Position numbers and translations under genes: made by a program
Notes under the pieces: generated by a model
What the model saw: the letters and a program-made list of their open reading frames with translations, nothing else
Told to the model about the DNA's origin: nothing
Databases searched by the model: none
Shown here: positions 24,495 to 35,970 of the stretch, in pieces
How positions within the stretch are numbered: the stretch's first letter is position 1
Layout of the letters: each line of letters starts with the position of its first letter
Origin: Octopus bimaculoides
Taxonomy: Eukaryota
Assembly: GCF_001194135.2 (NCBI RefSeq)
Contig: NC_068994.1
Location: 57,134,265-57,177,549, forward strand
Reading direction: 5' to 3'
Length of the DNA stretch: 43,285 bases

Positions 24495-24800
24495 TATATT
24501 AGCCTCGTGGTTTGCTTGTCGCATTTACGATAGCTTGATCGTGAGTTAGATTTCCCAGTCGGGATGCGCGTTGTGTTCTTGAGCAAAACACTTCATTTCA
24601 CGTTGCTCGGTGGCTATCGGACGCTGACGAAGGGAAATAACCCTGAAACTCGAGTCCGTTCGTGCTACAGATCACGATGAGAGGGATAACTTCCCTTGGC
24701 AAAACAAACAGGACACAGAAGTGTGTCGATAAGCCAGCTGGAGGAGATGTCCTCCTGGGACTAAAAGCAACAGTAACATCCACCCCTAGGGGTCAGCCAC
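24495..24800 (+). mobile_element. Degraded tRNA-derived CORE-type SINE head fused to a hammerhead-containing structured 3' module
   Basis: Box-A-like TAGCCTCGTGG (~24500) and a degraded box B (~24543). The CORE-like TTGTGTTCTTGAGCAAAACACTTCATTTCACGTTGCTC (24571-608) is nearly identical to the copy at ~42321-42359. Downstream of this the sequence differs from the other copies. Confidence 0.7.
24618..24662 (+). ncRNA. Minimal type I hammerhead ribozyme, predicted cleavage after C24656 (GUC)
   Basis: Folded by hand. Stem I CGGACG (24618-23) pairs with CGTTCG (24657-62): 6 bp, one G-U. Core CTGACGA at 24624-30. Stem II AGGG/CCCT with loop AAATAA (24631-44). GAAA at 24645-48. Stem III region ACTCGAGT (24648-55) is a perfect palindrome. 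The GTC triplet is at 24654-56. All conserved core nucleotides are present. Confidence 0.85.
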
Positions 24801-24866
24801 ATTTAAGTGGCAATATACTTCACTTTATCGTACAGTTACTGTTAATACCTCGTTTAGAGAATTAAC

Positions 24867-24907
<41 letters not shown>

Positions 24908-25058
24908 NNNNNNNNNNNNNNNNNNNNNNNNNNNNNNNNNNNNNNNNNNNNNNNNNNNNNNNNNNNNNNNNNNNNNNNNNNNNNNNNNNNNNNNNNNNNN
25001 NNNNNNNNNNNNNNNNNNNNNNNNTATACACATACATGTACATGTATACTTATGTAAG

Positions 25059-25111
<53 letters not shown>

Positions 25112-26372
25112 TAAATATGTAACTAAAGTTTCGTGTTTAATCAGTTGAAAAAAAAAATTGTTGTAGCTGCAACTCTGTTGGTTCCTCTTACTAATATATA
25201 TTCTATAGAATATTTAAATGACGCATTTTTCTATTTGCATTGACACTATCGCCAGAAATGTATAATTACTCTTTTAGTTATTTATTATGTTGTATAGGTT
25301 TTCTTTAATTTTTTTTTATTTTTTTATTCTTGTAGTCGTCATATTGTAATATTTACGTTCCGAAAAGATATTGGTTCCTTGAAAAATAGATTAGAAGTAT
25401 TTTCTTTTGTGTGCTTTATGCCTTCAGATAAATTTTGGAAACCATATAACTAGAAACAATATGAAAAAATAATAAAATAATAAAGAATGAAAATGATATA
25501 GACGTTATGTGGCACGTTGGAATTAATTAAACTTTAAGGTATTACGAGAGAAAAAAAGTCAGTTGATATTTTCAAATAATTCTTTAGCAGCACGTTGAAG
25601 ATTGAATTTCTAAGCTGGAGACAATTCTGTCTATTATAGACACAAGGGGTTTGAATGTTCTATAGAGTGATGATAAAATATGTCATTTGTAAAAGAGTCT
25701 ATTCTAGATTTGTTTAACACATATAGAATTTGAAATAATATTTTTATATTCTGGTCTACTGTACGAAATGCGTAGATACAATATAATATTATTCCCTAAG
25801 TTGCATTGTTTATAATTCACCAGTTTTATACTGCGGGTCACGGGCAGCTCCTTTAAACTGTTAAAGGATAGAAAATATGTAACTTCAGTAGTGTTGTTAT
25901 ATCATCTCCAGCACTTCACAGCATCTCCAGCTAAATCTGCTCGATGTATCCATTTGTCGTGTCTACTATGCCATCTGTTTATTGCACGTTTGGATTAAAC
26001 TTCACAGAGCACTTGCTGTTACAACGGACATTTTCCCTCCCACTACTATCTCTAGTACATATACTTAGTGTATGTGTGAGAGAGGGAGAGAGGGAGAGAT
26101 GGAGAGAGTGAAAGAGAGAGTCAGAGAGCGAGAGTGAGAAATACCCGCTAATTTACAATGCACAGATAAGAGTACGCTTTACCATCATTTCCATTAAATC
26201 CTACATGCAAAAAGACACTTTCACATTATACAAATTTCTCGAGGTTTTCTTTTTTTTTTTTTTGCCAGACGGTGTGACGAGTCTAAACACTTTGTATGTG
26301 TAACTAGGAAGCCAAAACTAACTTCTTTAACTTTGCTGCTATATAATCCATCAAACATAATTGTCTATGAGT

Positions 26373-27330
26373 GAAGAGAAGCGAAACGTTCTTCTACAAA
26401 TGAGATTGCAAGGACAAAACAGCATCAAAGACATGGCTTAAGAGAGGCGATTTGCAGCGTACCACTGAAAATCTTATGAATGCAGCACAAGACCAAGCTC
26501 TTGCTACCATTTCATTGAAGTATTATTGTTGGTTCCTTCTCGAACCCTGCCTGGCTCATAAGGATCAGTTTCCCGGTTTCATTGGCGTATAGGTTCCCCC
26601 ACCTGGACGGGACGCCAGTCCGTCGCAGGTGAGCTGCAAGATGCAGGAGGAAAGAGTGAGCGAAAGCTGTGGTGAAAGAGTCCGCAGAAGTTCGTCATTA
26701 TCTTCTTCCGTAGCCGCGTGAAGCTTAGGTGTTTCGCTCATAAAAACACACATCGCCCGGTCTGAGATTCGAACCCACGATCCCTCGACTGCGAGTCCGC
26801 TTCTCTAACCACTAGGCTATGCGTCTCTATTCACTGAAGTATAACATATGAGTGCGTGCCCAGTAAAGTAATGCTACAGGACGAGAAGAGAACGATATAC
26901 TGAGATTATGATTTTCAGATAGACTAATTAAGCATCGCCGACCGGACATCGCTATATTGAACAAGAAAGATAAATACTGTCAGATCATGGACAAAGCCAT
27001 TCCAAATGACATGTATATTGCGATTAAAGACATTGAAAAATTGTCACCAAATACTCCGAATTGAAAATAGATCTGGCAAGACAGTTTGGAATGCGAGGGG
27101 GTGACTGTAAAAGTAACAACAGTCGTAACCGGTGAATAAGGGCCAAGGCTATTGACGCTTCAAGGCGCCTTAATTCTTTGGGAATACCATGAATAATTGG
27201 AGTTATACAAAATCAGTCTTGTGTGATACTCTGCGCATTTTAAGGAACGTATTATCTTTTTAAGGTCCTTGTTGTCACTTGAGAGATAACTAAACACTCC
27301 GGTGCATCTTATATCTACACTGCATGGCAA
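26373..27330 (+). mobile_element. Decayed R4/Dong-like RLE non-LTR retrotransposon 3' end, interrupted by a SINE
   Basis: Frameshifted pieces: WLKRGDLQRTTENLMNAAQDQALAT (26434-508), YECVPSKV..IY*DYDFQID, IKHRRPDIAILNKKDKYCQIMDKAIP (RPD..D endonuclease motif), KYSELKIDL and KSVLCDTLRILRNVLSF* (stop 27261-63). A 3' UTR and (GTA)n follow. Confidence 0.85.
26524..26829 (-). mobile_element. Full-length tRNA-derived CORE-type SINE (OR1/OR2-like, family B) with 13-bp TSD
   Basis: Minus strand has box A TAGCCTAGTGG, box B GGTTCGAATC and CORE-like ATGAGCGAAACACCTAAGC. Its 3' module TGCGACGGACTGGCGTCCCGTCCAG...GAAACCGGGAAAC resembles those of the copies at 32708 and 42252. Flanks TTCATTGAAGTAT (26511-23) and TTCACTGAAGTAT (26830-42) match with one mismatch. 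Confidence 0.9.
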
Positions 27331-27341
27331 AGTAGTGGTGC

Positions 27342-27401
<60 letters not shown>

Positions 27402-27446
27402 CAGCAGCAGCAGCAGAGGCAGCAGTAGCAGTAGCAGTAGTAGTAA
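27331..27446. repeat. (GTA)n/(GCA)n microsatellite at the RLE element 3' end
   Basis: Direct reading. Confidence 0.95.
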
Positions 27447-27625
27447 TGCAAATCTGAATACTTTTCTAAGTTGTAGAGTGTGGTACCTTCTGGTTGATCG
27501 GAAAGCTCTTCTTGGAACGTTAGAACTCACGTTTCTCTGTGAATTACGCAATGGCATGTATTTGTCTGATTAACAAAAATATTTTCCTCGCGATTAGTTT
27601 ATGCAATAAAATATTGTTCAATTCT

Positions 27626-27627
<2 letters not shown>

Positions 27628-27681
<54 letters not shown>

Positions 27682-27802
27682 TACACATATATACATATAT
27701 ATATATACATATAAATATATATATATATGTGTGTGTATATATATATGTATATATATATATACAGATATATACATATATATATATATACATACATATATAT
27801 AT
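27628..27802. repeat. Degenerate (TA)n tract
   Basis: Direct reading. Confidence 0.9.
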
Positions 27803-29267
27803 ACTAATTTAATTGGTCGATGTTAAATAAGCTGTTGCTACCATTAGGAAATTTCCATCCCTTGATAATGTTTGCAAAGGCAACAAGTAAATAATGTACA
27901 TAAAATAAAAAATCAAGTAATTTGCATTGTTAGCAACAAAAAAAAACGTAAACTAAGAAAATTTAGTATTTTGTATCAAATCTGTGAAGAAAAAAAAGAA
28001 AACATTGATTGATGTATTAATTGTTTTAGATTGTTTACATATCCTAGTAACAATGCATCTATATGTTTTGATGTGTATTATCAAAGTAATAAAATAAACC
28101 AAATAAAGGTTAGCAGAGAAGTTGAAATAGGAGATTGCCAACCAGAGGAGTGGTGAATTGACTTTTATTTTGTATATATTTACTTATTTTATATTTATTT
28201 ATTGTTATTATTGTTTATTTACTTTGGCATCAAACCCTTTTCAATACACAATTTAATTTTCCAATACAGGCATTTTGTTTCAGCTCTAATATTGATTCTA
28301 ATACTCAATACCACAATCTCTAATCGTCCCTGGCATTGTTATTTGGTAATATTCTGGGGTTGATGTATCCTAACGATATTCAGCATCAACATGCTCATTT
28401 GCAACGCTTTTAAACCTTAAAATTAATTTACCAGCTTTGACATTACATAATGTCAGATATTAGAGATTGAATAACAATCACTGTGAAGGATATATTTAAG
28501 AGTGTATTAGTACAAAAGCCGAATCAACAACATTGGCCTATATAAATTGAAAGAAATCCTGCATAACAATTTCAAAGCAAAGGGATAAAAAGATAAAAAC
28601 ATTGTTTCTCTGTTGGCTTCACATAAATTCTTCGTCATTTATGCTGAAATGTGCTATGTATCATTTTAAAACTTGCAAAGGAACAGGAAACTTAAGAAAA
28701 TATTGAAAGGGACCCGAAGAAAAAATTCGACAGCATATATTGTGAACCCAAAATAAATGAAGCTGTAGTACATCATCGCTATTGAAGTATGTGAATGATG
28801 TAAAGAAATAAAAATTTATATAATTGTAAAAACATTTTTAATGCACAGGCTGGCTTTTACTTCGCAGAGTTCGTTATGGTGGATGATTGATAATATTTAT
28901 ACTTTGTTTGGACATTAACAATGCACACGCTGGAACTCACATTAATGTGTGTTTGTGTGTGAGTGTTTGTATCTCTGTCTATATGTTGAGGGTGCATATA
29001 AGCGTTTGTGTAAAACCTGCCACGTGCTGCAAATATCCAGAGTAATTTGTGAACTCATGTTACATCATTTTTAAGACTTACAGATTTGAAAAGAAAACTT
29101 CCTTTCATAACGCCGTCTTTGTAGTACCTATTCTGTAGATGGAGCTCCTGCAAAATGAAGAAGGAAGATTTTGAACTTGGAATAAGAAAGAACATATACA
29201 TATAAAACTAGGCATTTAGCTATGAAGCCCTAAAAACGTCACTGCTTCGCCGTTATTGCTTTGAAAA

Positions 29268-29340
29268 GTCTACACTTTGGGTTCAAATACTGCTGAGATA
29301 AATGTTACTTTACATCGGTTCAGAGTTAAACATGAGTAAC
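29268..29340 (+). mobile_element. Possible highly degraded family A SINE fragment
   Basis: GGGTTCAAATACTGCTGAG followed by CTTTACATC and ATGAGTA at family A spacing. Confidence 0.35.
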
Positions 29341-30569
29341 AAGACAGAGTACAGTTTAGATATGGGCCATTCAGTCAAGTATCTTGCGAGACACTGGGAA
29401 GTTCAGAAATAAATCCCACGCACTTCCTCTCTGGTTTATTCCAGTAATAGGTTCTCGAGACTTTGCTATCGTCTCTAAGAAAATAATTTTCATATATTTT
29501 CAAAATTCTAACTGTGCATGCTTCATTCTATATTAGAGAATGGATGCTTAACTGTTTGTGAGGTAGGCTCATACTGCCCCTGTTTCTCTAAAAATGTTTA
29601 ACCCACTTATTAACGAATAAGATCTTGAATTTCCTTGAACGCTTCGATATAGCAGATCCTCTTCTTATTTGATCGTACATCCTGCGTTCTTCATTATCGA
29701 TATTCTTTTACTTTACTTTCACTCTTTCTAGCTAATCAATATTAATAAGATGCCCCTAATATTTATATGAAACGTTTTATGCCCCATAAAACGTTTTAAT
29801 TCGAAATGCAAAACAGGAAAATTTTATAGTAATAACACTGTTTATTCGTCACCAACTTCATAAAAACTTATTCAGTATGACATCTGATGATTGCTTCACA
29901 TATCTTAGTATGAAACTTACTGTTGGGATGTATTACGATTAATGTTTTATATATTTGTGTGTGTGTCTGTATGGGCGTGTGTGTGTTTGTGCTTGTAATT
30001 TGCTTGTAAAGAGAACTTTAGAGCGCATCTATTAAACATCCACCACCCATACAAAACTGTAATTGAAATTCTTCTGCCATCTCAACAGATGAAGGTATAT
30101 TTTTGTGGTGAGAATATTCAATATACATTCATATACAACTTATTTAAATAAGCAGTCGATGTCAACTAATACTTTTCCTCGATTCTCTTAATAAAATTTA
30201 CGCTTTCATAGTTGACATCAGCTTTTAATATTGAGATATGAAATTCTATACGCTATAAGTATAGTTATAAAAGTGTTCTCTGTGAAATATCACATTGAGT
30301 ATTTTTCTTTTTCTTTTTAGTTCAAACAGAAACCAATTATTTAAACTTTACGCGTCCTTTAACGATGCAAATCTAGCTCAAACAAAGCGTATTAAAACTT
30401 CCCTCATAAAGTCTATAAATTTTTGATCTTCAAAATCGCAAGTTGAAATAGAAATATTTAATTAAAGACACAATCTGTTTCAGTAATAGAAATTTACAAT
30501 TGACTTCCTAAATCGTAAAAGATATTTTGACACTCCTCATTACACTACTTCAAAATACGACGAGAAACA

Positions 30570-30618
30570 CTCACACACACACACACGCACACACACAGAA
30601 GACAATCACTCACTTCCA

Positions 30619-30663
<45 letters not shown>

Positions 30664-30824
30664 ATATAAAAATTATATGTATGTAACAAACTAAGTGCAA
30701 GAACTGATATGAAAACAAAAATCTGGAAAAAACTAAAATAGCTTTAACACAAAGCCAAACATATACACATACACACGCATACACGCACACGCACAGACAC
30801 ACGCAGATATATATATATATATAT

Positions 30825-30893
<69 letters not shown>

Positions 30894-30970
30894 CAGACAG
30901 ACACAGACAGATAGATAGGCAGACAGGCAGACAGGCAGACAGGCAGACAGGCAGAAAGACAGACAGACAA
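30570..30970. repeat. (CA)n, (TG)n, (TA)n, (TAGA)n and (CAGA/GGCA)n cluster
   Basis: Direct reading. Confidence 0.9.
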
Positions 30971-30989
30971 ATAGTCCAAAATACAAAAG

Positions 30990-31080
30990 CAACTATAAAC
31001 AGTTTATATTGGTTTAATGCTCAGGAAAAATGGAAGAAGTCTTTAATGTTTCGAACTTACCCTCTTCTTGAGAAAGGATA
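30990..31080 (-). mobile_element. Possible Penelope-like terminal-repeat remnant with a decayed hammerhead core
   Basis: Minus strand reads CTCAAGA A GAGG GTAA GTTC GAAAC ATT. This is hammerhead spacing, but G5 is replaced by C and stem II is mismatched. Confidence 0.35.
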
Positions 31081-31820
31081 GATGAGGATAAAAAAAGTTG
31101 TCGGGATGCAAATACAGGAAATGTGAGATACGTTCTTTGTTTCAGCTTCACGTATTTTGAAAACAAATTTTACTTTGAAGTTGCCATAATTGAAGTCATT
31201 TATTTTTAACTTTAGATGTTTATTGTTCACTAGCATTTAATGGATGATTGCTTGGACCTGGATTGTGTATGAATTAGTATGTTTATATAACCGTTTGGAT
31301 TACAATCAATATATACATCTAGAAAGTTGCTTGTATAAGTAAGTATAAAAACTAAATGATGTTTATCTTGTTGGTTTCATTCTTAGCGGAGGTAATGTGC
31401 AATGAAGATTAATATCACCTTATTAAAACTAATCAAACGATTTATTTTAAATATACATATAAGTTATCATTGATATTTCAAGATTTTATTATTCGGATTG
31501 TCCTGTGGAATCCAAAAATTATGTTGTCTTACGCCGGTAAGAAGAAATTAACTATATTTATTCAATATTCACAGATTGTGTCTTATGATAAATGTTTTAT
31601 TCTATATAGAATTGCGTGTAAGTTTTTATTTTGTCTTAAAGGTGTTAATTGATATCGTAGATAGCGTTAATATCCATCAACAGCCTCATATGCGTATCTA
31701 AATTTATGTACAATCTTGATAGATTCGTGGTGTTCTAAATGTATATTAAACACTGAATCGATCCCATCATAAATTGATTTGTTATCACATTGATAACAAA
31801 TTCTTCATCTTGTTCGACAG

Positions 31821-32000
31821 AGTATCATATGATATTTTATGGTTTATCTGAAACCACTAGATTTCAGTCCAATATTGTTGACATATGTTTCCCTATTGAG
31901 AGAGGTATTTTCATAGGATATGATAGAAATACACCATCTAAATATATGGGTATATTTCGCAGAATGTGCGAAGAAGATACAATGCATAACAAAAAAACAT
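31821..32000 (+). CDS. Candidate exon (180 nt, phase 1 to 1) YHMIFYGLSETTRFQSNIVDICFPIERGIFIGYDRNTPSKYMGIFRRMCEEDTMHNKKT
   Basis: Acceptor TTCTTCATCTTGTTCGACAG and donor GTAGGT, with alternative in-phase donors internally. Open frame. Confidence 0.3.
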
Positions 32001-32707
32001 GTAGGTGAATCAATTATATTTAACAAATTTTTAGCATCCCAGATTGGGAAAAAAATAAGCGTCTATCTTTTATATTACTAATTCTTGCAAGAATTCACAC
32101 AAAATTAAGGTATTCAATACCATCAACCTTTGCTCATTCACTGTAGTCCGTGAATAATATGAAAATATTGGAATATTTCTATTTACCAGAGTACGAGTAA
32201 TGATAACTGTAATTCGGAGAATATAAGTATTTAGCGAATACCTCGGAAAATTCGTTATCGTTATCATTGCTGTCGCACCTCGGTACGACAGGATATTCAT
32301 TTAAAACACTGGATATTGACCAAACTTATACATTCGGAATATCACAAGAAGAGTTTAATGATACATTTATGGTTTTTCAAGTATAAGAAGCTAAATAATA
32401 ATATCGTTTGGTATTCTCTTGGGCCTGGGGAGAGTCATTCTCTTTTAATGCCTTATTCTCTTTTAGTGATAAAATTTCCACTTATTTCTTTTTAATTTTT
32501 CTAAAACTTTCGTTACGTCTTTAAACCTTTTCAATAGTTTTGACTGTCCGTAAAAAGAAATATGTGGAAAATTTATCGGTGAGTGTGTTAAATTATAAGG
32601 CACTAAAAAGAATGACTCTCCCCAGACACAACAGAATATGCTTCAACACACGAACTCACATAAAGAATCTTGCAAACCAAATCCAAAAGAGAAATTCTTT
32701 GGTATGT

Positions 32708-32871
32708 AGAGGCGCGTGGCTTAATGGTTCGACTCATAATCGTAAGACTGTCGTTTCAATTACTGGACTGAGCAAAGCGTTGTGTTTTTTGAGCAACACG
32801 TTCCGTCCAGTTGGGCAATACATGCGCCGGGAAACCGGCCCTTATGTGCCAGCATGATTCGAGAAGGTAAC

Positions 32872-32966
<95 letters not shown>
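32708..32966 (+). mobile_element. Family B CORE-type SINE, internally deleted, with (TTA)n tail
   Basis: GGCGCGTGGCTTAATGG head, TTGTGTTTTTGAGCAA CORE remnant and GGGAAACCGGCCCTTATGTGCCAGCATGATTCGAGAAG 3' end, followed by (TTA)n at ~32873-32966. Confidence 0.8.
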
Positions 32967-32970
<4 letters not shown>

Positions 32971-33059
32971 CTTCACATATACAGGTTTACTGGTGCCATA
33001 CCAGTTACACCTCCTTCTCCTCATCATTTGGTTAAAATCATGTTCTACCAGCTGCTATT

Positions 33060-33380
33060 ACTATTTGATAGAGTGCAACCTACTTGCTGCACGAGTATTC
33101 TAAATCTCATGCCCTCACTCGCTTCAACCACTTCACTGAATAAAAGGGTGTGGCAGGGGGATGAGCATGAAGTGGGTGTAGGAATAAAAATAAAATTTGT
33201 CAAATTTGGAAGATCTCTCGTAGGGAAGCCAACGGCCAACCGAAGGAAGAAAGGAGGAGACAAGCACAACCAGGTTATCAGCTTCTGCTTACGAGGGGAT
33301 GACGCAGTTTAACTAAACAGCGTCTCTAGCTGCTCATCTGCGGACTCCCAAGGCTATGGATTTTCATTGGTTGATTGGTT
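33060..33380 (+). mobile_element. Possible non-LTR retrotransposon 5' UTR-like fragment
   Basis: A GC-richer island next to a (TTA)n tract, containing the hairpin GACGC..GCGTC. The resemblance to RTE-type 5' UTRs is from memory only. Confidence 0.25.
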
Positions 33381-33894
33381 TATATCAGCATCGTGTCTAA
33401 CATCCATAGCAGCAGCAGCAGCATCACAAACAACAGCATTAGCATCGACTCCGAAATCATTAACGTCATCACTATCATTAGCACCACCAACGTATAGAGC
33501 GTCAGGTTTGAAGATATTAGAGAATTAAAAAAGAACAACCACACAAATCTATGCCAGTGCAGCTGTAAGGGATAATCTTCATTGAAATAGTAATTCCATA
33601 ACTAATATTATATTTCCATTAGTTGATGATAATTCTATTGATTTTAGTCTGTCTGTCTTTCTTTCTTTCTTTATTTTTTTCTTTCTTAAGAAATATATTT
33701 TCTTCATCAGTAGCGAGTGTTGTTTCCACTGACACGGTCCCAGTAGAATTAGGTCACTTCAAATCACACATAGGAAGAGTTGTATCATTTATATATAGAC
33801 ACCCCCCTCACATACACATACATAGGAACACATACCAGAGCAAAAATACACCCACGTGTGAATGCACAAAAATTATATATAAAGATCATATATA

Positions 33895-34052
33895 CTTATA
33901 TGTATGTATATATATAGAGAGAGAGAGAGAGGAGGAGAGAGAGAGAAAGAGAGCGAGAGAGGGGTATATAAGGAGATAGATATATACATATATATGTATA
34001 CATATGCACAGATATACACATACACAAATATATATCTTTATACAAATGCATG

Positions 34053-34089
<37 letters not shown>

Positions 34090-34091
34090 AG

Positions 34092-34127
<36 letters not shown>

Positions 34128-34280
34128 TCACACACACTCCTACATTTTTAAGCACACGTAAATATACATACATATGTATGTGTGCGTGTACATGTGCACT
34201 GCTAGTATGAAGATACTTCTGAAAGAGAGGGAGAGAGAATGAGAAGAGAGAGAGAGAAAGAGAGAGAGAGAGGTGAGAGG
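33895..34280. repeat. (TA)n, (GA)n, (CA)n low-complexity cluster
   Basis: Direct reading. Confidence 0.9.
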
Positions 34281-35970
34281 AACAGTGAAGTATCTGAAAG
34301 GGAGATTTGATATTCATTGATAGGAATTAGATATGTCTTTATTCTTGGATTTCTGAGTTTTTTTTAATCTTTTATTTTCTTAGTTGCAGAAAATGATATT
34401 TAGTCAAGAATGTGCCATTTATTACATAAATCGGTATATTTAGTCTAGTGTTACTATACAAGTGTCAATAGGAATACCTATATAAGTAGACGTTTGTGCG
34501 CTGCCCTATTTTCAGAATTGCCGAATTAATTTAAGAAATATTAGCCATTTATTAACTTTGTCAATCCCGCCATAATTATTTCTAGATAACGTTTCGTCGG
34601 TCTAGAATTTAAATATGCTATCTCAAAGTGACTATGTGTCTTTAATGCAGATAGCGTCAGTGAGTTATTCTTGGAAGATTTATATTCCCCACACAAATAG
34701 TATAGATTTTAAAAGATAAATACAGGTATATCATATTTACCAAACGGTTGATAAGAGCGCTCTCCATGAGAAGGGGAGATAATCTCAAAATTCGGGAATT
34801 CTTCAATGATGATATGCCATTAAAGAAAAGGACAGGTTCAATATCAGGAGATGTGTGACCAATCAGACAGGTCCAGTCTTGCTATGACTACTACTACAAC
34901 ACAGCAGCAGCCGTCAAAAGGAAATGAAACACCAGCACCACCTTCAAGATCACATGTTTTACACTTGACATTCCAAAACTGGTATTGTGAAAGATGAGTT
35001 TAGTTTGATTTAAATTATTACAATTTAATATTTTCTTTTAGTTCGGCGTGAATAAATCGTCTTTAAAGCGATGAAACCGGGAGGATATTTTGATAAAAAA
35101 ATGAATATTTCTTGCTTGTCTCTCTTATGCATTTCTTAAAGTATTATCTTTTTTTTTTTTTAATAAATTTACACGTATGAAATCTATTAACCTTTCTAAT
35201 ATATATAAATTCTTACATAAATATACGTGTGTGCATGTGCGGGTGCGTGTGTAAGTGTGCGTGCCTCCATCTGTGTATCATACTTAATGCACATACATCG
35301 CGAAAAGACATATCAACCGTATTAATCGTCCAGAGTTAATATTTATGGACGTGCTGTGTTCAAAAACACATACATAAGATAGTAGATCACAGTTGCCCGG
35401 CAGCGTTGGGGGATCGCTGGATACGTATTTCTGCTTCGTTGAGCTTTGTCAGTAGCATGTACTCGTTGCCAACTGCATGCTCAGACAAAATCCATTGTTA
35501 ATTATATAGAAATCAGTGGTTGAACATTCGTTGATGTTGCACTTAGCTACACGGGCAAATAAAAATTTTTAACGCGTAAGAAAAGCAGTAATATATTATA
35601 ATAGGTAACGCCAGCGGTTGGTAGTGAGTAGATTCTACTGACTAAGTTCAGTGATGGAGAAATGCGCATCTAACATTCCCACCACCGCTGCTGAACAACT
35701 GTTTTCTCTGATAGTGATATATTTGTGATTTTATAGACAACACATCCATATTATTTCCGGACGAATGTCGCAATGAATTTGCCTTTTTACGATTCCACAT
35801 TTGAAAGGACTTCGGAATAAAAGAAAATGAAAACTTATGAGTTTAACTCAAAACTTACAATTCACAATTATTAACAATGCATTGTGCTTCCAATAATCAT
35901 ATAGTAACAAAAAAGTTTTCTGGGCACTATATACTGAAAGTCTAATAGGTGAATCCATACTACTGTTCAG

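Noticed and set aside
25821-25857. Minus-strand exon candidate FKGAARDPQYKT or LKELPVTRSIKL
   Set aside because: It is 37 nt, open in two frames, and has no partner exons or recognisable motif.
26757-26829. tRNA-like sequence on the minus strand
   Set aside because: It is the head of a SINE: it continues into CORE and 3' modules, is flanked by a TSD, and has no proper acceptor stem.
33408-33500. Ala/Ser/Thr-rich open frame
   Set aside because: Degenerate (NCA)n trinucleotide repeat.
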